26,995 nt of DNA. It comes from a virus (lineage: Duplodnaviria; Heunggongvirae; Uroviricota; Caudoviricetes). The translations under genes were made by a program, and so were the position numbers. The stretch lies in the IMG/VR virus record IMGVR_UViG_2724679542_000005. One strand, 5' to 3'. The notes below the pieces were generated by a model. It saw nothing but the letters and a program-made list of their open reading frames with translations, was not told the origin of the DNA and did not search any database. Below are positions 11,366 through 25,425 of the stretch, piece by piece (the first letter of the stretch is position 1; each line of letters begins with the position of its first letter).

Positions 11366-12006
11366 TTGTCGGTGTACCTCTCTCGTTTGCTCAGTTGTTC
11401 AGGAATATGGTGCAGCAGCTCGCCGTCGCCGCAGTAAATTGCGGCGTGATTCGGCACTGATGAACCAAAACAGCACAGCAGCACATCGCCCGGCTGTGCC
11501 GCTGACAACGGCACCTGATACAGCCCCGTCGCCTCCAGATTATCCAGATAGAGATTCTGGCCGTTACGCCACCAGTCATCCTCACGATAAAAGTCCGGCA
11601 TCTCAATCCCCGCCAGATGATAAGCATCCCGGAACAGTGTGTAACAGTCCGTCACACCGTGCTCAAAGCGCCGCCCGGTGAGATGCGGCACACAGCGGAA
11701 CTTATGAATCGTCCCCCGGCAGACCAGCCACCACGGCAAATCACTCTGCACCTGCAGCCGCCGGTCGGCCTCACTCAGCCAGGGCAGACCACCGGGGTGG
11801 CTGTGGACCAGCGCCACAATCTCACCCTGCATTTCTGCCTGCAGCCAGTCTTCCGGCGACATACGGAAATACGCCTCCGGCTCACCGGAGATATTCACGC
11901 AGGGAAAATATCTTTCCCCCTCCGGCGTGCTTACCACGAAGCCGCACGACTCCGCTGGCGCACATCGCCGGGCGTGCGCCAGAATCGCTGATTCTGTCTG
12001 TGTCAT
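11263..12006 (-). CDS. K: Tail tip assembly protein K (JAMM/MPN plus NlpC/P60 motifs)
   Basis: HSHPGG...SEAD (JAMM-type HxHx7SxxD) and DCYTL Cys motif seen in the ORF; ATG lies 6 nt after the L stop. The classical 199-aa K would start at the internal Met near 11862. Confidence 0.8.
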   Translation of the reverse strand: MTQTESAILAHARRCAPAESCGFVVSTPEGERYFPCVNISGEPEAYFRMSPEDWLQAEMQGEIVALVHSHPGGLPWLSEADRRLQVQSDLPWWLVCRGTIHKFRCVPHLTGRRFEHGVTDCYTLFRDAYHLAGIEMPDFYREDDWWRNGQNLYLDNLEATGLYQVPLSAAQPGDVLLCCFGSSVPNHAAIYCGDGELLHHIPEQLSKRERYTDKWQRRTHSLWRHRAWRASAFTGIYNDLVAASTFV

Positions 12007-12011
12007 GGGAT

Positions 12012-12710
12012 TTACTGCGAAAGTTTGTTAATGGAAAGGAAGCCGCCAAAGTTGCCGACGTTATTGCGGAACTTACAACCGCTCAGGCATTTGCTGCATT
12101 TATCCTTCGTGATATCGGACGTTGGCTGGTCATATTCATCCGCGACAGCCGGACCGCTATAACCGCACTCGTCACCGCGATAGGTCCAGGTGCAGGTGTT
12201 GGCCAGCATGATACGTCCCGGAAAAACAGCGCCATCCGTTTCCGTCGGCGTGGACAGTACAAAGGAGGCACTCACCGCGCTCAGTTCGCTGCACTGCTCA
12301 ATGCGCCAGCGGCTGATCACCTCCTGCTCCGGATCGGCGTAACTGTTTCCGTTGACGAAGTTCACCGCATCCAGAAAATGGGCGTAAACCTTACGCCGGA
12401 CCACCGTTCCGCCGACCAGACTCTGCATATCTTCCGCCATCCCGGTGACCATACCGTACAGGTTAGAAACCGTCAGCGTGGGGCGCGTACTGGTGCCTTT
12501 GCCATTCAGTTCAAAACCGCTCCCCTGAATGGGATACGGCTGATACTGTCGCCCCTGCCAGGTGACCGGCTCACCTTTTTCGTTCTGCTCATTACAGAAA
12601 AAATAACGTTCTCCACCGACCTCTGTCAGGTCGATTTCCCAGAGCACCACGCTGGCCGACTGCTCCGCACGGGTGCATTCATTCAGTGTTTCCTGCCGGA
12701 TATCCTGCAT
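12012..12710 (-). CDS. L: Tail tip protein L (232 aa)
   Basis: Length and order as lambda gpL. Confidence 0.9.
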   Translation of the reverse strand: MQDIRQETLNECTRAEQSASVVLWEIDLTEVGGERYFFCNEQNEKGEPVTWQGRQYQPYPIQGSGFELNGKGTSTRPTLTVSNLYGMVTGMAEDMQSLVGGTVVRRKVYAHFLDAVNFVNGNSYADPEQEVISRWRIEQCSELSAVSASFVLSTPTETDGAVFPGRIMLANTCTWTYRGDECGYSGPAVADEYDQPTSDITKDKCSKCLSGCKFRNNVGNFGGFLSINKLSQ

Positions 12711-13039
12711 CAGTTCACCACCTGTTCAAACTCTGCGCTGAACTCAACACGCAACATACTGACCCGCGACGACCATTTTGCGCAGGTCACCTTTATCTGC
12801 CGCCACTCATAAGGCGGCGTCCACAGAAAGGATTTCCAGCCCCCGTGCTCTTCCAGAAACGACTCCAGTACCGTGGCCTCCTCACGGGGGACAGAAAGCG
12901 TCACGCTGTACGTTTTCAGGTTGGCATTCAGCCCGGCAGGCGCTCGCTGAGAATAGCCATCACCAAAGCGCACCTTTCTTACAGAAGGGACCGAAGCCAC
13001 ATCCATACCGGGTTTCACTTTCCAGCGGAAGGTCTTCAT
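12710..13039 (-). CDS. M: Tail tip protein M (109 aa)
   Basis: Length and order as lambda gpM; overlaps the H stop. Confidence 0.9.
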   Translation of the reverse strand: MKTFRWKVKPGMDVASVPSVRKVRFGDGYSQRAPAGLNANLKTYSVTLSVPREEATVLESFLEEHGGWKSFLWTPPYEWRQIKVTCAKWSSRVSMLRVEFSAEFEQVVN

Positions 13040-15597
13040 CGTCCACCTCCGGAGAACAGGCCACCATCACGCATCTGTGTCTGAATTTCATCACGGGCAC
13101 CCTTGCGGGCCATGTCATACACCGCCTTCAGAGCAGCCGGACCTATCTGCCCGTTCGTGCCGTCGTTGTTAATCACCACATGGTTATTCTGCTCAAACGT
13201 CCCGGACGCCTGCGACCGGCTGTCTGCCATGCTGCCCGGTGTACCGACATAACCGCCGGTGGCATAGCCGCGCATCAGCCGGTAAAGATTCCCCACGCCA
13301 ATCCGGCTGGTTGCCTCCTTCGTGAAGACAAACTCACCACGGTGAACAATCCCCGCTGGCTCATATTTGCCGCCGGTTCCCGTAAATCCTCCGGTTGCAA
13401 AATGGAATTTCGCCGCAGCGGCCTGAATGGCTGTACCGCCTGACGCGGATGCGCCGCCACCAACAGCCCCGCCAATGGCGCTGCCGATACTCCCGACAAT
13501 CCCCACCATTGCCTGCTTAAGCAGAATTTCTGTCATCATGGACAGCACGGAACGGGTGAAGCTGCGCCAGTTCTGCTCACTGCCGGTCAGCATCGCCGCC
13601 ATATTCTGTGCAATACCATCAAAGGTCTGCGTGGCTGCACTTTTTACCTGCGACATACTGTCCGTGGCGCTCTCTTCCCACTCACTCCAGCCGGACTTCA
13701 GGCCTGCCATCCAGTTCCCGCGAAGCTGGTCTTCAGCCGCCCAGGTCTTTTTCTGCTCTGACATGACGTTATTCAGCGCCAGCGGATTATCGCCATACTG
13801 TTCCTTCAGGCGCTGTTCCGTGGCTTCCCGTTCTGCCTGCCGGTCAGTCAGCCCCCGGCTTTTAGCATCAATGGCGGCCCGTTTTGCCCGTTGCTGCTGT
13901 GCGAATTTATCCGCCTGCTGCGCCAGCGCGTTCAGGCGCTCCTGATACGTAACCTTGTCGCCAAGTGCAGCCAGCTGGCGTTTGTACTCCAGCGTCTCAT
14001 CTTTATGCGCCAGCAGGGATTTCTCCTGTGCAGACAGCTGGCGACATTGCGCCGCCTCCTCCAGTACCGCGAACTGACTCTCCGCCTTCCACAAATCCCG
14101 GCGCTGCTGGCTGATTTTCTCATTTGCTCCGGCATGCTTCTCCAGCGTCCGGAGTTCTGCCTGAAGCGTCAGCAGGGCAGCATGAGCACTGTCTTCCTGA
14201 CGATCGCCCGCAGACACCTTCACGCCGGACTGTTTCGGCTTTTTCAGCGTCGCTTCATAATCCTTTTTCGCCGCCGCCATCAGCGTGTTGTAATCCGCCT
14301 GCAGGATTTTCCCGTCTTTCAGTGCCTTGTTCAGTTCTTCCTGACGGGCGGTATATTTCTCCAGCGGCGTCTGCAGCCGTTCGTAAGCCTTCTGCGCCTC
14401 TTCGGTATATTTCAGCTGTGACGCTTCAGTATCGCTCTGCTGCTGCGCATTTTTGTCCTGTTGAGTCTGCTGCTCAGCCTTCTTTCGGGCGGCTTCAAGC
14501 GCAAGACGGGCCTTTTCACGATCATCCCAGTAACGCGCCCGCGCTTCATCGTTAACAAAATAATCATCCTTGCGCAGATTCCAGATGTCGTCTGCTTTCT
14601 TAAACGCAGCCTCTGCCTTAATCAGCATCTCCTGAGCGGTATCAGGACGACCAATATCCAGCACCGCATCCCACATGGATTTGAATGCCCGTGCTGTCCT
14701 GTCTGCCCAGGTTTCCAGCGTGCCCATGTTCTCTTTCAGGCGTCGGGTCTGGTCATCAAACCCTTTCGTTGCGGCCTCGTTCGCCGCCTGCAATGCCCCG
14801 GCTTCATCGCCGGAACGCTGCAACTGAGCAACATACGCAATCTGCTCCGCCGTCACGTTATGGAACTGGCGTGCCATCGCCGTCAGCCCCGACGTCGGGT
14901 CTGTGGTCAGCTTCCCGAAGGCTTCAGCGACCTTGTCCACCTCCACGCCGGATGCAGAGGAGAAACGCGCCACACTCTGGCTGATGGACGCAATCTGAGC
15001 CTCACCGCTTACCCCCGCCTTAACCAGTGCGCTGAGTGACTCGCTGGTCTGGTTAAACGTCAGCCCTGCCGCCTGCCCGGCTCTGGACAGGACCAGCATA
15101 CGATCTGCCGTCAGTCCCGCCTGATTGCCGGAAAGGACCAGCGTTTTGTTGAAATCGGACAGGGTTGAGTTGCCCTGATACCAGGCATACGCCAGCGCTC
15201 CGGTCGCCACCGCCAGCGAGGTGGCCCCCACCATCGGCAGGGTGATCGCACCGGCAAGCCCCCGGAACATGGGGATCATCCCGCCGAAGGAGTCCTTCAC
15301 CTGACCCCCCTGTTGCAGCAGGATCAGCCACGGACTTTGCCCGCCTGCAAGCTGCGTGGCCACGTCAGTGAACTGCGCAGGCAGCATACGCATGGCGGCT
15401 TTATACTGCCCGACGGAAATTCCCACTTTCTGTGCAGCCAGCGCCTGCCGGTTCATCGACTGTTCAACGACTGCCGCTGTTTTTTTCGCATCACTTTCCG
15501 TACCGGAAAAATGACGCCTGACTCTGGCCATCTGCTCGTCAAATCTGGCCGCATCCAGACTCAAATCAACGACCAGATCGCCTACCGGTTCAGCCAT
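13036..15597 (-). CDS. H: Tail tape measure protein H (853 aa)
   Basis: Length and sequence match lambda gpH from memory; overlaps T by 8 nt as in lambda. Confidence 0.95.
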   Translation of the reverse strand: MAEPVGDLVVDLSLDAARFDEQMARVRRHFSGTESDAKKTAAVVEQSMNRQALAAQKVGISVGQYKAAMRMLPAQFTDVATQLAGGQSPWLILLQQGGQVKDSFGGMIPMFRGLAGAITLPMVGATSLAVATGALAYAWYQGNSTLSDFNKTLVLSGNQAGLTADRMLVLSRAGQAAGLTFNQTSESLSALVKAGVSGEAQIASISQSVARFSSASGVEVDKVAEAFGKLTTDPTSGLTAMARQFHNVTAEQIAYVAQLQRSGDEAGALQAANEAATKGFDDQTRRLKENMGTLETWADRTARAFKSMWDAVLDIGRPDTAQEMLIKAEAAFKKADDIWNLRKDDYFVNDEARARYWDDREKARLALEAARKKAEQQTQQDKNAQQQSDTEASQLKYTEEAQKAYERLQTPLEKYTARQEELNKALKDGKILQADYNTLMAAAKKDYEATLKKPKQSGVKVSAGDRQEDSAHAALLTLQAELRTLEKHAGANEKISQQRRDLWKAESQFAVLEEAAQCRQLSAQEKSLLAHKDETLEYKRQLAALGDKVTYQERLNALAQQADKFAQQQRAKRAAIDAKSRGLTDRQAEREATEQRLKEQYGDNPLALNNVMSEQKKTWAAEDQLRGNWMAGLKSGWSEWEESATDSMSQVKSAATQTFDGIAQNMAAMLTGSEQNWRSFTRSVLSMMTEILLKQAMVGIVGSIGSAIGGAVGGGASASGGTAIQAAAAKFHFATGGFTGTGGKYEPAGIVHRGEFVFTKEATSRIGVGNLYRLMRGYATGGYVGTPGSMADSRSQASGTFEQNNHVVINNDGTNGQIGPAALKAVYDMARKGARDEIQTQMRDGGLFSGGGR

Positions 15598-16428
15598 ACC
15601 GGACTCCTCCTGCGATCCCTTCTGATACTGTCATCAGCATTACGTCATCCTCCGTCATGTCCGCCACATCCGGGGAAGCGGGGATAACTTCATTCCCGTC
15701 CGGGCCAAAGCGGACGCCTCCGGCAAGCCCTGCCGCTTTCTGCATCAGCACATCATCTTCAGGCTCTTCGTCAGCCTCGCGCCGGTTCAGCAGACTGAAA
15801 TCCAGCGGATGCATATCCGGATCGCTGAAAAACAGGCTGAGTACGGTGTACGTCAGCCCGGAAAAGTGCATATCCAGCAGAACATCATGAAAATAATGGA
15901 TACTGTAAAAGCGGTGCCAGTCGGCATACTCCGTGGATGACATCCCGGCAAGCATGGCGCGCCAGTCGGGTCGCCCCATCTCACGCGCCAGTTTCAGGGC
16001 AAAACTCAGCTCACCGTCGAACACTTTCCCGCAGAAACAGGCTCTGCTGGCCCGGCGTCATCTGCCTGTTCAGGTGCATCATTCACAACAAACTCAGACA
16101 TACCGGACAGACGCATTACCACATTTTCAGCCTGAGCAATTGCCTCTGTGGGCCAGGTGGTAAGCACTTCCTGCTCAATTTGTTTAACGGCTTCATTCAT
16201 GGACGGCATCTTTGTCTTCTGCGGATGGCTATGCCACAGGGACATCGCCACCAGAAAAGCACCGGTTCTGACGAGATCTTCCACGCTCACCTGTCGATTG
16301 AGACTGGATCCCGCCTGTTCTGCCTGTCGTTTCAGCAGGGCGAGATGCTCAATTCGCTGCAGGGCTGACAGTTCAGAAAGCGTGACGCTCACACCGTTAT
16401 ATTCAAATGATTCGGTTTTCAGGAACAT
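15590..16428 (-). CDS. G-T: Tail assembly chaperone G-T fusion made by a programmed -1 frameshift (G alone is 16006-16428)
   Basis: G ORF (140 aa) and the overlapping T frame; slippery heptamer GGGAAAG sits at the end of G in the G frame. Confidence 0.85.
16006..16428 (-). CDS. G: Tail assembly chaperone G (zero-frame product)
   Basis: 140-aa ORF ending ...SAGKCSTVS, as lambda gpG from memory. Confidence 0.9.
   Translation of the reverse strand: MFLKTESFEYNGVSVTLSELSALQRIEHLALLKRQAEQAGSSLNRQVSVEDLVRTGAFLVAMSLWHSHPQKTKMPSMNEAVKQIEQEVLTTWPTEAIAQAENVVMRLSGMSEFVVNDAPEQADDAGPAEPVSAGKCSTVS
16024..16030 (-). promoter_or_regulatory. Slippery heptamer G GGA AAG for the G-T -1 ribosomal frameshift
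   Basis: Reverse complement of ctttccc at 16024-16030; in the G frame it reads GCG GGA AAG. Confidence 0.85.
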
Positions 16429-16443
16429 CGCTGACTCTCCGGA

Positions 16444-17184
16444 TTAACTGTCGGTGACGGTGATTTCTGCAACCACAGCAAGTTCACCATTACCGGATAC
16501 AACCGGAATGTTGACCTTGCCTGCAGCAACACCTTTCACGGTGATGGTCATACCACTGACCGACACGGTGGCTTTTGTTTTATCCGCAGACACCGCACGG
16601 AAGCTCTTGTCGGTTGCGCCTTCCGGCTGGAATGCCACGGTCAGCGTGGTGCTCTGCCCTTTCACCACCGAAGTGCTGGCAGGCGTCACGGTCATGCCGG
16701 TTGCCGCTGTTACCGTGCTGCGATCTTCTGCCATCGACGGACGTCCCACATTGGTGACCTTCACCGTGCGGGTAATCACTTCCTTCGCCGTCACCGCCTT
16801 ACCGATACTGCTGACCCAGCCACGGAACACATCGACCGTGCCGTTCGGGAAGCGGATTTTATAGGCACGGGTATCACCTTCATTAAACCACGCCAGCAGC
16901 GCCTGCTGCCCCTGCTCTCCGGGCATCCACGCCAGCGTGAAGCTGGTATCTCCGGCAGATTTCTGCCCCTGCCCGGTCGCAGTCCAGTCTGCATCTTTAT
17001 CATCGAGATAGCTGTCGTCATAGGACTCAGCGGTCAGTTCGCCGGGCGTCAGGTCTTTAACTTTTGCCAGACGCGACCAGTCAACGTCTGAAAGCGGGTT
17101 CGCATAAGGGTCACCGCTCCCCTTATAAACCCACAGGGTGGTCCCGGCACCTTTCACCGGCATTGTAGGATTTGGTACAGGCAT
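16444..17184 (-). CDS. V: Major tail tube protein V (246 aa)
   Basis: ORF track 16444-17214; start taken at the internal Met giving [22 protein letters not shown]..., the lambda gpV N-terminus. Confidence 0.9.
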   Translation of the reverse strand: MPVPNPTMPVKGAGTTLWVYKGSGDPYANPLSDVDWSRLAKVKDLTPGELTAESYDDSYLDDKDADWTATGQGQKSAGDTSFTLAWMPGEQGQQALLAWFNEGDTRAYKIRFPNGTVDVFRGWVSSIGKAVTAKEVITRTVKVTNVGRPSMAEDRSTVTAATGMTVTPASTSVVKGQSTTLTVAFQPEGATDKSFRAVSADKTKATVSVSGMTITVKGVAAGKVNIPVVSGNGELAVVAEITVTDS

Positions 17185-17191
17185 AGCGTCC

Positions 17192-17587
17192 TCACATTTC
17201 ATAGGTAATGACATAAGTCAGATCGGCTGAACTCCACAGGCCCGCATCATCGTCGCGCCGGTAGTCATAGCCACTGGCCACCATACTGGTGATCAAATCT
17301 GACAGTGCCGGGATATCGCTCATCACCGGATAAATCCGGGACTCCATCCACGCATCCAGCTCTGAATCCGGCACCTGAGCAGGCAGGAAAACTTCAATAT
17401 GCAGCTCCGCCTGCCAGGTATCGCTGTCCAGCTCTTCGCCCGTGTATTCAGCGCCGGTGAGATAAACGGCAATTGCCGGAAAATCTTCCTCATCAAAAAC
17501 AGCGGGGCGACCATCAAAAAGCGTCGCCCCGGTGTCATGCTTCTCCAGTGCATCCAGTACGGCTGCACGGAGTTCAGTATGTTTCAT
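17192..17587 (-). CDS. U: Tail terminator protein U (131 aa)
   Basis: Matches lambda gpU in length and order. Confidence 0.9.
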   Translation of the reverse strand: MKHTELRAAVLDALEKHDTGATLFDGRPAVFDEEDFPAIAVYLTGAEYTGEELDSDTWQAELHIEVFLPAQVPDSELDAWMESRIYPVMSDIPALSDLITSMVASGYDYRRDDDAGLWSSADLTYVITYEM

Positions 17588-18162
17588 CGCTTTATTACCA
17601 TTCTCAGTTGATGCTGCAGCGCATAGCCCAGCTCTTTCGGAAGACGTTCACGCCGTATCCGTTCAATATTCTGTTTAAACGCCGTGGTCAGCGGCACCGC
17701 CATCGGGATTTTCACCACATCAATGGGGTAACGGTTTTTCCCGGCCACACGCTGCATGACATGCCAGCGGCCATTTTTCAGTTGCTGAATAAACGCGCCG
17801 GGAATACGACGGTTTCCCACCACAAGCACGCTGCCGCCACCTTTCAGGGATGAACGCTGCCCCTTTTTACGACGCCTGCGGCGCGAAAGGACAACCCGCG
17901 CATTACCCAGCTTGATTACGGGCAAATCCCCCCGGTTAACTTTGATTCTGGCCTGCGGATTTTTGACCGTGGCCCTTTTCAGCCTGGCCCTTTCCTTTAC
18001 CAGTTTCCGGCGTACCTTTGTCTCACGAGCAACCTGTGACGCCGACTGCGATATCGCGGATGAAGCAACGCGGTTAATGGCCATTGCGGCGGCACCGGGC
18101 ACCGCCGTTTTACTGATACGGCTGAGGTTTTCAACGGCCTGCTCAAGACCTTTTATGGCCAT
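17584..18162 (-). CDS. Z: Tail completion protein Z (192 aa)
   Basis: Matches lambda gpZ in length and order. Confidence 0.9.
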   Translation of the reverse strand: MAIKGLEQAVENLSRISKTAVPGAAAMAINRVASSAISQSASQVARETKVRRKLVKERARLKRATVKNPQARIKVNRGDLPVIKLGNARVVLSRRRRRKKGQRSSLKGGGSVLVVGNRRIPGAFIQQLKNGRWHVMQRVAGKNRYPIDVVKIPMAVPLTTAFKQNIERIRRERLPKELGYALQHQLRMVIKR

Positions 18163-18173
18163 ACATCCCCCTT

Positions 18174-18527
18174 TCAGCGGCGACGGTTAACGGCAGGCGG
18201 TACGCCCCGCCCAAGCCAGAGATGACAGCTTCCGCCATCATCCGGCGAAATCCGGTCTATCCAGAAGTTTTCCTCACCGATGGTCAGCGTGTCGCCGCGC
18301 CGCAGCTGCCGCACCTCATCAGTCCGGACAAACAGGGACGGGCTGGAGCCTTCAACGCGTACGCCCTGTCCGGCATAGCTGATATTTTCAGGGTCATCAA
18401 AAACACCACGTATTACTGCGCCGGACTGCTCACCGGATGTCATGGTGGCTGACGTTCCCATGTACCCGCGTATCGTTTCATCGGCGCGGGCAATGGCAGC
18501 ATCGAACAGGTTATCGAAATCAGCCAC
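18174..18527 (-). CDS. FII: Head-tail joining protein FII (117 aa)
   Basis: Matches lambda gpFII in length and order. Confidence 0.9.
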   Translation of the reverse strand: MADFDNLFDAAIARADETIRGYMGTSATMTSGEQSGAVIRGVFDDPENISYAGQGVRVEGSSPSLFVRTDEVRQLRRGDTLTIGEENFWIDRISPDDGGSCHLWLGRGVPPAVNRRR

Positions 18528-18538
18528 AGCGCCTCCCG

Positions 18539-18934
18539 TTATTGCATTCTGGCCAGGCCGCGCTCTGTCATTTCAGCTGCCACACCGGCAGAGACACGGA
18601 ACGCCGTTTCCGGCAGCACAAATGCCACAGGTTCATCCCGCGTGGCGTGAAGTGCATCGGTATGCAGCGTCACCAGTGCCACAACCGTGACCAGAGCAGC
18701 CGCATCAGTCACGGTATCCGTCTGTGCTGATACCACCTCATTTTCATGTCCGGTCAGCGCATTTTCCGGTCTGAGAGGGGTATCCTGACCGGCAGCGTCA
18801 TCCGTGTCATCAAGCTCCTCTTCCAGCTCTGCCACACGGAGCGCCAGTTCTTCTTTCGTCCCCGTCAGGCTGACATCACGGTTCAGTTGCTCACCCAGCG
18901 ACCGGAGACGGACAATCAGTTCATCTTTCGTCAT
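18539..18934 (-). CDS. FI: DNA packaging protein FI
   Basis: ORF track 18539-18973; start taken at the ATG at 18934 (MTKDELI...) with GGAGGAG upstream, as in lambda gpFI. Confidence 0.85.
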   Translation of the reverse strand: MTKDELIVRLRSLGEQLNRDVSLTGTKEELALRVAELEEELDDTDDAAGQDTPLRPENALTGHENEVVSAQTDTVTDAAALVTVVALVTLHTDALHATRDEPVAFVLPETAFRVSAGVAAEMTERGLARMQ

Positions 18935-18957
18935 GGACTCCTCCACAGAGAGAAAAT

Positions 18958-18971
18958 GGCCCCGAAGGGCC
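18958..18971 (-). promoter_or_regulatory. Hairpin ggcccttcggggcc 5 nt after the E stop; possible partial terminator or stability element
   Basis: Inverted repeat seen directly; role inferred. Confidence 0.3.
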
Positions 18972-18975
18972 ACGA

Positions 18976-20001
18976 TTACGCCAGTTGTACGGACACGAAC
19001 TCATCAGGGTCAGCCAGCAGCATCAGCGGTGCTGACTGAATCATGGTGAACTCACGCGCCGGATCGCCGGTGGTCACCCAGTTTTTCGGGTAACGGGCAG
19101 AGGCGTTAATGCCTTCGCGCTGTGCGTCCGCATCCTGAATGCAGCCATAGGTGCGCAGACCGCGTGCCTGAGTGTTCCCCAGTACCATCGTGTTGTCCGG
19201 CAGGAAGTTCTTTTTGACGCCGTTTTCCACGTACTGTCCGGAATACACGACGATGGCCACATCGCCATACATCCCCTTATAGGACACCGCTTTACCCAGG
19301 TCTTTCACCGCTGTCTCCAGCTCGGAATGAGAGCCGCGACGGGTATCCAGCTTCTCCCTGACGGCTTTGAAGGAACGGAACAGCGCCCAGCCTTTCGGAT
19401 CAAACACGATGATATTCACCACGCCGCTGGCGTTCAGCGCGTAGGCTTCGATATCGTCGGTCGGGTCATACGTGGACTTGTCACGCTTGCTCCACTCCGT
19501 GCTGCCGGACTGCGTGATGTTGTTCGCCGCACTGCGGCCCATATCCACCTCAACCGGATCGAAGGCTTCACCGGTCATGGTGTATTTGCCCTTGAGCACG
19601 GCAGAAACGGCCTGCATCTCTTCGACCTGAGCAATGGCCAGCTCTTCGTCACGCATGTTCTGCATGATGATGCGACGGCGGCGGTAAGCCGGGTCCGCCA
19701 GATTCTGCGGATCTTCATCCGGCAGGCGACGCAGGGTCATCTGCGGATTCACTTCATGCTTCGGCTTGACATATCCCGGCGTAAATTCAGAGGTGGAGCC
19801 GCCACGGGAACGGATAACCTCACCGGAAACAATCGGCGAAACGTACAGCGCCATGTTTACCAGTCCCGGAATTTGTGAGAGATAGACTTTCTCCGTGGTG
19901 AAGGGATAGCTCTCACGGAAAAAGAGACGCAGAAACAGCGGATCAAACTTAAATTTCTGCTCATTTGCCGCCAGCAGTTGGGCGGTTGTGTACATCGACA
20001 T
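18976..20001 (-). CDS. E: Major capsid protein E (341 aa)
   Basis: ORF track 18976-20028; start at ATG 20001 gives MSMYTTAQLLAANEQKFKFD..., the lambda gpE N-terminus. Confidence 0.95.
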   Translation of the reverse strand: MSMYTTAQLLAANEQKFKFDPLFLRLFFRESYPFTTEKVYLSQIPGLVNMALYVSPIVSGEVIRSRGGSTSEFTPGYVKPKHEVNPQMTLRRLPDEDPQNLADPAYRRRRIIMQNMRDEELAIAQVEEMQAVSAVLKGKYTMTGEAFDPVEVDMGRSAANNITQSGSTEWSKRDKSTYDPTDDIEAYALNASGVVNIIVFDPKGWALFRSFKAVREKLDTRRGSHSELETAVKDLGKAVSYKGMYGDVAIVVYSGQYVENGVKKNFLPDNTMVLGNTQARGLRTYGCIQDADAQREGINASARYPKNWVTTGDPAREFTMIQSAPLMLLADPDEFVSVQLA

Positions 20002-20013
20002 AAAAAAATCCCG

Positions 20014-20035
20014 TAAAAAAAGCCGCACAGGCGGC
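20014..20035 (-). promoter_or_regulatory. Hairpin gccgcctgtgcggc plus T-run between D and E (terminator-like)
   Basis: Seen directly; lies in the 55-nt D-E gap. Confidence 0.35.
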
Positions 20036-20056
20036 CTTTAGTGATGAAGGGTAAAG

Positions 20057-20389
20057 TTAAACGATGCTGATTGCCGTTCCGGCAAACGCGGTCCGTTTTT
20101 TCGTCTCGTCGCTGGCAGCCTCCGGCCAGAGCACATCCTCATAACGGAACGTGCCGGACTTGTAGAACGTCAGCGTGGTGCTGGTCTGGTCAGCAGCAAC
20201 CGCAAGAATGCCAACGGCAGCACTGTCGGTGGTGCCATCCCACGCAACCAGCTTACGGCTGGAGGTGTCCAGCATCAGCGGGGTCATTGCAGGCGCTTTC
20301 GCACTCAATCCGCCGGGCGCGGTTGCGGTATGAGCCGGGTCACTGTTGCCCTGCGGCTGGTAATGGGTAAAGGTTTCTTTGCTCGTCAT
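20057..20389 (-). CDS. D: Capsid decoration protein D (110 aa)
   Basis: ORF track 20057-20395; ATG at 20389 gives [27 protein letters not shown]..., as lambda gpD. Confidence 0.95.
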   Translation of the reverse strand: MTSKETFTHYQPQGNSDPAHTATAPGGLSAKAPAMTPLMLDTSSRKLVAWDGTTDSAAVGILAVAADQTSTTLTFYKSGTFRYEDVLWPEAASDETKKRTAFAGTAISIV

Positions 20390-20398
20390 AAACATCCC

Positions 20399-21004
20399 TT
20401 ACACTGGTGTGTTCAGCAAATCGTTAACGGCATCAGATGCCGGGTTACCTGCAGCCAGCGGTGCCGGTGCCCCCTGCATCAGACGATCCAGCGCAGTGTC
20501 ACTGCGCGCCTGTGCACTCTGTGGTGCTGCGGCCAGAATGCGGCGGGCCGTTTTCACGGTCATACCGGGGGTTTCTGCCAGCACGCGTGCCTGTTCTTCG
20601 CGTCCGTGAGCCTCCTCACAGTTGAGGATCCCCATAATGCGGCTGTTTTCTGCCGCAACCGCTGCGGTGATCTGCGCGTTCACGTCCGGCTGCGCCGCGC
20701 TGGCGTTCTCGCCCTCCGTCGCTGGCACCACGTCAGTAACGTCAGCCTGCGAAGCAGTGGCTGAAACAGTTGTTGATTGAGTCTCTTTGGTCATTCGCCC
20801 TCCTGAGAGACGGGATTTACGTGCATCCAGTGCATCACGCATGACGGTGATCGCATCGGTGCTGTTAACAAGTTCATCAGCCAGTCCGGCATCAATGGCC
20901 TCCTGACCGCTGTACACTGCAGCCTCGGTATCCAGCACAGCCTGCACGGACAGGCCGGTATATGCCGACACCTTCTGCGCAAACATCTGGCGGGTTGCGT
21001 CCAT
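20399..21004 (-). CDS. nu3: Scaffolding protein Nu3 (in-frame internal start within C)
   Basis: ATG at 21004 is in the C frame (MDATRQMFAQK...) and gives a 606-nt gene, the nu3 size I recall for lambda. Confidence 0.6.
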   Translation of the reverse strand: MDATRQMFAQKVSAYTGLSVQAVLDTEAAVYSGQEAIDAGLADELVNSTDAITVMRDALDARKSRLSGGRMTKETQSTTVSATASQADVTDVVPATEGENASAAQPDVNAQITAAVAAENSRIMGILNCEEAHGREEQARVLAETPGMTVKTARRILAAAPQSAQARSDTALDRLMQGAPAPLAAGNPASDAVNDLLNTPV

Positions 21005-21698
21005 CCGGGACTGCAGTGTCTCCCGGACGTCATCCGGAAGATGGCTGTAGGGGTTGCCATCCACCTTATGGCTGCCGCTGTAAATCAGCGTGATTTCCAC
21101 ACCCTGTTTCTCCAGCGCAGCACCGTAATTACTGTGAGCCATCATGACGCCGATGGAGCCTGTCCGGGCGGTCTGCGTGACCAGACGCCGGGAGGCGGCA
21201 CTGGCAAGCAACTGACCTGCACTGCAGTTCATGTCGTTGGCAAGCGCCCATACCGGTTTTATGTCACGCACACGGGCGATGATGTCAGCGCAGTCAAATG
21301 CCCCCGCCACCATCCCGCCGGGCGTGTCCATATCGAGCAGAATGCCGTCCACCATCGGATCGCTGGCAGCCTGTTGCAGACGGGCGATAATGCCGTTGTA
21401 ACCGGTCATCCCCGAGTACGGCTGCAGCGCCCGCGTCCGGCTGACCAGCGTGCCGGACACCGGCAGCACGGCGATGCCGTTCATGACCTGATAACTGCGG
21501 GCCTGTCGTGGTCCGTCATCATCACCGGATAATGCCAGCGTCGCGAGTGCCTCCTGGGCAGTCAGGCTGTCGCCGGACACCGCATCCGTCAGGCGGCTGA
21601 TCCCAAGCTGGCCTGCAAGCGCACAAAAGAAAACCCGCGCATAGGCGGGTTCAAGCATCAGCGGCTCATTAAAGGCCATGCTGGCAATATGCGGGAGA

Positions 21699-21718
<20 letters not shown>
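20399..21718 (-). CDS. C: Capsid assembly protease / scaffold C (439 aa, GTG start)
   Basis: ORF track 20399-21853; start placed at the GTG giving (M)TAELRNLPHIASMAFNEP..., the lambda gpC N-terminus; overlaps the end of B by 20 nt as in lambda. Confidence 0.8.

Positions 21719-25399
<3,681 letters not shown>

Positions 25400-25425
<26 letters not shown>

Noticed and set aside
12000-12812. 270-aa plus-strand ORF, and other plus-strand ORFs between 12686 and 15700
   Set aside because: Antisense to L, M and H; the lambda-collinear minus-strand genes explain this DNA fully.
15590-16024. T as an independent gene with its own GTG start
   Set aside because: T is produced as a G-T fusion by -1 frameshift at GGGAAAG; the GTG is an ORF-finder artefact.
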